From positions 4,610 through 68,609 of the forward strand of contig CAJXLK010000023.1 of NCBI GenBank assembly GCA_913055635.1: a DNA stretch of 64,000 nt, read 5' to 3'. The notes under the pieces were generated by a model. It did not search any database. It was given only the letters and a program-made list of their open reading frames with translations, and was not told the origin of the DNA. The stretch is from an uncultured Bacteroidota bacterium (GTDB lineage: Bacteria > Bacteroidota > Bacteroidia > Bacteroidales > UBA12077). Positions 59,217 to 64,000 of this stretch are shown piece by piece; position 1 is the first letter of the stretch, and the number at the start of each line of letters is the position of its first letter. Position numbers and translations under genes: made by a program.

Positions 59217-60224
59217 ATGGACTTAATAAAACAGATTCAGGATAGTGCCAAAAAGGTTAATAAACGCATAGTATTGCCCGAGTCAACCGAGGAGAGGACC
59301 CTGAAAGCGGCCAACGAAATACTCCGCAAAGGCCTGGCGCAGGTTATCCTACTGGGTGGCCCGGAAAAGATCAAACAGCAAGCCTCCAACCATCAGCTTG
59401 CTCATATTGAACAAGCTACCATTATTGATCCGGCCAATCATGACAAGCGGGATAAGTACATCGACTTGCTGGTGGAGCTCAGGCAGCACAAAGGTCTTAC
59501 CCGCGAGGAGGCCGCTAAGCTGGTGGAAGATCCCCTTTATTTATCTACCCTGATGATTAAGAACGGTGATGCTGATGGGGAGGTAGCCGGCGCGGAAAAT
59601 GCCACTGGTGATGTGTTGCGTCCGGCTTTTCAGATTGTCAAGACCAAACCGGGCATCAGTGTGGTTTCCGGTGCTTTTCTGATGAGTTTAAAAGATAAGG
59701 AATATGGTGAAGACGGATTGCTGGTCTTTGCCGATTGTGCTGTTCATCCCGATCCGACCAAGGAGGAGCTGGCCGAGATAGCCGTGGCCACGGCCGATAC
59801 CACCAGGGCCATAGCTGGTTTTGAACCCCGGGTTGGGATGCTGAGTTTTTCCACCAAAGGCAGCGCCCAACATGAGATGGTTGACAAAGTCATCGAAGCA
59901 ACTAAGATTGCCCGCGAGAAGCAGCCCGGATTGAAGATCGATGGCGAATTGCAAGCGGATGCGGCCCTGGTAGAGGCCATTGGTAAAAAGAAAGCCCCGG
60001 ACAGTGACATTGCCGGTAAAGCCAATGTGTTGATCTTCCCGAATCTGGAATGCGGGAACATCGCCTATAAACTGGTGCAGCGATTGGCCCATGCCGAGGC
60101 AACCGGTCCGGTCCTCCAGGGAATGGCTGCCCCCATCAATGACCTCTCACGGGGTTGCTCGGTCGAGGATATTGTCAACCTGGTGGCTATCACCGCTAAC
60201 CAGGCAGCCAATGAACAACAGTAA
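59217..60224 (+). CDS. pta: Phosphate acetyltransferase
   Basis: RIVLPE, FADCAV, LSFSTKGS, DGELQADAA, GNIAYKL, NDLSRGC. Confidence 0.95.
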   Translation: MDLIKQIQDSAKKVNKRIVLPESTEERTLKAANEILRKGLAQVILLGGPEKIKQQASNHQLAHIEQATIIDPANHDKRDKYIDLLVELRQHKGLTREEAAKLVEDPLYLSTLMIKNGDADGEVAGAENATGDVLRPAFQIVKTKPGISVVSGAFLMSLKDKEYGEDGLLVFADCAVHPDPTKEELAEIAVATADTTRAIAGFEPRVGMLSFSTKGSAQHEMVDKVIEATKIAREKQPGLKIDGELQADAALVEAIGKKKAPDSDIAGKANVLIFPNLECGNIAYKLVQRLAHAEATGPVLQGMAAPINDLSRGCSVEDIVNLVAITANQAANEQQ

Positions 60225-60274
60225 CCTGATCGCATCCAAATTCGATTAATAAACAGACAAAACCATAAAAGATT

Positions 60275-61486
60275 ATGAAGGTATTAGTATTAAACTGCGG
60301 GAGTTCATCCATTAAATTTCAGCTTTTCAACATGGAGGATGCTACCGTCCTGACCAAGGGGATTGTAGAAAAGATTGGGCTGGAAGATTCATTCGTCAAA
60401 CTCGAGTGCAATGGGCGGAAAGAAAAATTTAACTATGATGTGCCGGAACATACCAAAGGCATTGAACATATCCTGGAATTGCTCGTAAGTGAGGACTATG
60501 GCACAATTGAATCCCACGATGAAATTGATGCGGTAGGCCACCGCGTGGCCCATGGCGGGGAAAAATTTGGCGAAAGCGTTTTGATTGACCAACAAGTGGC
60601 CAGCGAGATTGATCAGCTCAGCACTTTGGCTCCCCTGCATAACCCCAATAACCTGAAGGGCATCAGGGCCATTGAAAAGCTCCTGCCCAGTGTTCAGCAG
60701 GTGGCCGTATTCGACACGGCATTTCATCAAACCATGCCTGCTTATGCTTACATGTACGGTTTACCCTACGAGATGTACGAAAAGCATCGTGTACGCCGGT
60801 ATGGTTTTCATGGGACCAGCCACCGTTATGTGGCGGAAGAAGCCTGCAAGCACCTGAATGTCAACATAGAGGATCAGCGAATCATTACCTGTCACCTGGG
60901 CAATGGGGCCTCGATCACCGCCATCGACCATGGCCAATCCGTCGACACTTCCATGGGCCTTACACCAGTGGAAGGTTTGATTATGGGCACCCGTTCAGGC
61001 GATCTTGATCTGGGGGCCTTTACCTTCATTATGGAAAAAGAAAATCTGGACATCCAACAGGCCAATACCCTGATCAATAAGAAAAGCGGCATGCTGGGAG
61101 TAACCGGTGTTTCACCTGATATGAGGGAGATCAGGGAAGAAGCAGCTAAAGGCAATAAGCGGGCCGAACTGGGCCTTCAAATGTATGATTACCGGGTGAA
61201 GAAATACATCGGGGCTTATACTGCTGCAATGGGCGGTGTTGATTTGATCGTCTTTACCGGTGGTGTAGGGGAGAATGATTATGAAACCCGTGAAGGATCC
61301 CTGCGGGGGCTGGAGTACCTGGGTGTTGAGTTTGATCCCGGCAAAAACGACGGGGTAAAAGGAGAACAAAAAGTGATCACCACCGATAACTCGAAGGTAA
61401 CGGCCATGATCGTCCCGACCAATGAGGAGTTGGTCATTGCCCGGGATACCCAGAGAATCATCGAAGGCAAAAACCAAACCCAATAA
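60275..61486 (+). CDS. ackA: Acetate kinase
   Basis: LNCGSSSIK, GHRVAHGG, APLHN, FDTAFH, YGFHGTSH, HLGNGAS, PTNEE. Confidence 0.97.
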   Translation: MKVLVLNCGSSSIKFQLFNMEDATVLTKGIVEKIGLEDSFVKLECNGRKEKFNYDVPEHTKGIEHILELLVSEDYGTIESHDEIDAVGHRVAHGGEKFGESVLIDQQVASEIDQLSTLAPLHNPNNLKGIRAIEKLLPSVQQVAVFDTAFHQTMPAYAYMYGLPYEMYEKHRVRRYGFHGTSHRYVAEEACKHLNVNIEDQRIITCHLGNGASITAIDHGQSVDTSMGLTPVEGLIMGTRSGDLDLGAFTFIMEKENLDIQQANTLINKKSGMLGVTGVSPDMREIREEAAKGNKRAELGLQMYDYRVKKYIGAYTAAMGGVDLIVFTGGVGENDYETREGSLRGLEYLGVEFDPGKNDGVKGEQKVITTDNSKVTAMIVPTNEELVIARDTQRIIEGKNQTQ

Positions 61487-61488
61487 AT

Positions 61489-62385
61489 ATGGATTTAAAA
61501 CACCTTGATGATCTGATTGACATTGCTGAAAAAAAGCCTACCAAACGGCTGGCCATTGCGGCAGCCGGTGATCAGGCTGTATTGGAGGCCGTGCACAAAG
61601 CCATCGAAAAAGGCATCATCAGTCCGGTACTGGTTGGAGACGAGCAAAAGATCAGGCGCATTGCAGGCGATTTGGGCATGGACGCCAATGACCTGGCCAT
61701 CCATCATGAGCCCGATCCGGGTGAAGCTTCCCGCAAGGCGGTTGCCCTGATTCGTCAGGGAGAAGCCGACATTCTGATGAAAGGACTGGTCAGCACTGCG
61801 CCCTTGCTGAAAGCAGTCCTGGATAAAGAGCAGGGGCTGAGGAAAGGGGGTACCCTTAGTCATTTTGCCCTGGTTGAATCCCCTCATTATCATAAACTTG
61901 TGGGGGTAACCGATGCGGCTATGAACATCGCCCCGGAGTTTCAGGAGAAAGTGGATATGATCAACAATGCGGTGGAAGTTTATCATGGCCTGGGCTTTCC
62001 CGAGCCCAAAGTTGCGGTGCTTGGCCCCCTGGAAGTGGTCAATCCCAAGATCGAGTCCACTTCCCATGCCGCTATGCTGGCCAAAATGAACGACCGCGGC
62101 CAGTTGAAGGACTGTATCGTCGACGGGCCTTTTGCCATTGACAATGCCGTTTCAAGAGAGGCTGCCGAACATAAGAAAATATACAGCCCTGTAGCCGGTG
62201 ATGCAGATATTTTGATGACCCCCGAACTCAACAGTGGCAATGTGCTATATAAAACCCTTATGTTTATGGGAGGTGCCACCTCCGCCGCGGTGATCATGGG
62301 GGCGAAGGTTCCCATTGTGCTGACTTCACGGGCCGACACCGAGAAGAGCAAAATGATGTCGATCGCCCTGGCTGCCGCGATGTAA
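61489..62385 (+). CDS. ptb: Phosphate butyryltransferase
   Basis: LMKGLV, LSH, TDAAMNIAP, DGPFAIDNA, PIVLTSRAD. Confidence 0.92.
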   Translation: MDLKHLDDLIDIAEKKPTKRLAIAAAGDQAVLEAVHKAIEKGIISPVLVGDEQKIRRIAGDLGMDANDLAIHHEPDPGEASRKAVALIRQGEADILMKGLVSTAPLLKAVLDKEQGLRKGGTLSHFALVESPHYHKLVGVTDAAMNIAPEFQEKVDMINNAVEVYHGLGFPEPKVAVLGPLEVVNPKIESTSHAAMLAKMNDRGQLKDCIVDGPFAIDNAVSREAAEHKKIYSPVAGDADILMTPELNSGNVLYKTLMFMGGATSAAVIMGAKVPIVLTSRADTEKSKMMSIALAAAM

Positions 62386-62412
62386 CCGATTGTCTCATAT
62401 AATCTCTAATCT

Positions 62413-63492
62413 ATGGAAAAACGCTATATCTTACTGGCCATCAATCCCGGATCTACCTCCACCAAAATCGCTGTATTTAAAAATACCAAATCGGTTTTTC
62501 TCAAAACCATTCGCCATACCTCGGAAAATTTGCAACACTACGACCGCATATCCGATCAGTTTCATTTCAGGAAGGATGTGGTGCTCAAGGAGCTGGAAGA
62601 CAGCGAAGTTGATCCCCGCCAGATTTCGGCTGTTATCGGCCGGGGTGGTCTGATCAAACCTGTTCAATCGGGCGTTTATGAAGTCAACGATGCCATGGAA
62701 ACCGATTTACGGGAAGGCAAACGCGGGGAACATGCCAGCAACCTTGGGGGGTTGATTGCCCGCGACATTGCCCGATCCCTCCCGGATGCCCGTGCCTTTA
62801 TTGCCGACCCGGTGGTGGTCGATGAGATGGAGGATGTGGCCCGCGTTTCCGGACACCCCTATTTCCAGCGCTTCTCCATTTTTCACGCCCTTAACCAAAA
62901 AGCCATTGCCCGCAACCATGCCCAAAGCATCGACCGCAATTATGAGGAGATGAACCTGATTGTTGCCCACCTGGGTGGGGGGATATCCGTTGGGGCCCAT
63001 CGAAAGGGTAAGGTCGTCGATGTCAACAATGCCCTCAACGGTGACGGACCCTTCTCACCCGAGCGTTCCGGTGGCCTGCCCGTTGGCCAGCTGGTTGATC
63101 TGTGCTTCAGCAATGACTATACCCAACAGGAGATTAAACGCATGATTAAAGGCCATGGGGGCCTGGTGGCTTACCTCGATACCAACGACGCCTACGAGGT
63201 GGAACTGATGGTTCGCGAGGGCAATGAAAAAGCCAGACTCATTCAAAACGCCATGGCCTACCAGATCGGAAAAGAGATTGGTGGCATGAGTGCTGTCCTT
63301 AGTGGTGAAGTGGATTCCATTATTCTTACCGGAGGAATTGCCCATAATCCAATGGTCGTCGATTATGTACGCAGCATGGTGCGTTTCATTGCCCCGGTGG
63401 CCATTTATCCCGGCGAAGATGAAATGCAGGCACTGGCTGAAAACGGCCTGCGCGTGCTTCAGGGTTATGAAACCCCCAAAAAGTATGAGTAA
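62413..63492 (+). CDS. buk: Butyrate kinase
   Basis: INPGSTSTK, GRGG, HASNLG, DPVVVDE, HALNQKA, HLGGGIS, YPGEDE. Confidence 0.96.
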   Translation: MEKRYILLAINPGSTSTKIAVFKNTKSVFLKTIRHTSENLQHYDRISDQFHFRKDVVLKELEDSEVDPRQISAVIGRGGLIKPVQSGVYEVNDAMETDLREGKRGEHASNLGGLIARDIARSLPDARAFIADPVVVDEMEDVARVSGHPYFQRFSIFHALNQKAIARNHAQSIDRNYEEMNLIVAHLGGGISVGAHRKGKVVDVNNALNGDGPFSPERSGGLPVGQLVDLCFSNDYTQQEIKRMIKGHGGLVAYLDTNDAYEVELMVREGNEKARLIQNAMAYQIGKEIGGMSAVLSGEVDSIILTGGIAHNPMVVDYVRSMVRFIAPVAIYPGEDEMQALAENGLRVLQGYETPKKYE

Positions 63493-63571
63493 AACACCCC
63501 TCTTCCATTGCGTTGACAAAAGGTTCAATCATTGATGCTTCTATCTCTTTTTATTAACCTCTGATCTAATG

Positions 63572-63596
63572 AAAGGGCGCCTTCGGGGGCCCTTTT
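63572..63596 (+). terminator. Intrinsic terminator of the pta-ackA-ptb-buk operon
   Basis: AAAGGGC-G-CC-TTCG-GG-G-GCCCTTTT with C(UUCG)G loop. Confidence 0.75.
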
Positions 63597-63866
63597 CTTC
63601 TGAGAACAGGCCAACTCCATTAAATGCATTCATTGATGGCAATTGACGCGTTGAATGGCTGTTTTTTTGACGGGCGGATAAAAAGGGTGACTGGGATCTT
63701 GTTTATCCGCCTCAAAACAGGGACAGGGGCAATTTTACTGACCCCCCGCCAGGGATGAGCCCCTTGCTTTATCCTGGCCTTAAGTGATTTGGTTTCCACA
63801 ATTTTTAAATGAAAAAAGAGTTTTCAACTGTAAAAAGATAATTTTGTAACAAATGAGGCAGACTCT

Positions 63867-64000
63867 ATGTTAAAATATATTTTCATGGCCCTTTTCACGG
63901 GGGTTGTTTTGATACAAACCCCGGCATTGGCCCAAAAAAATGCAGTTACAAAGAAGCAGCCCGATCAGGAGGAAGCCGATACCACCTTCAGGGATAAATT
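63867..64000 (+). CDS. 5' end of a secreted protein running off the window
   Basis: MLKYIFMALFTGVVLIQTPALAQK... signal peptide, frame open to the edge. Confidence 0.6.
   Translation, partial: MLKYIFMALFTGVVLIQTPALAQKNAVTKKQPDQEEADTTFRDK

Noticed and set aside
63673-63711. GGCGGATAAA...TTTATCCGCC stem-loop
   Set aside because: Single copy with a long loop; no function assignable

Overview
Gene-dense chromosomal segment of a Bacteroidota (probably Bacteroidales/Marinilabiliales-like) bacterium, judged from repeated TAnnTTTG -7 promoter boxes and typical gene families. Housekeeping and metabolic genes include a DPP-IV peptidase, rsmE, uvrA, an ECF sigma factor, rplS, anmK, comA-DUF368-aroE, pta-ackA-ptb-buk, a TetR-TolC-HlyD-ABC efflux operon and two tRNA-Arg genes. 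No CRISPR array, integrase, transposase or reverse transcriptase was recognised. Four things stand out. (1) An operon (28750-32617) joins four putative redox/O2 sensor modules (FixL-type heme-PAS, CZB, Cys4-PAS, hemerythrin) to SiaA-like PP2C phosphatases, while an orphan siaB-siaC kinase/substrate pair lies about 20 kb away. (2) An uncharacterised lipoprotein + small secreted protein + TerB-like/FHA-like ABCG exporter module, whose first two genes recur as a paralogous pair. (3) A three-unit array of 61-nt covarying hairpins with a 135-nt period upstream of a GyrI-like gene. (4) Two clusters of a CCCCGCTTAGCGGGG palindrome. All family assignments are by motif recognition from memory; no database search was run.
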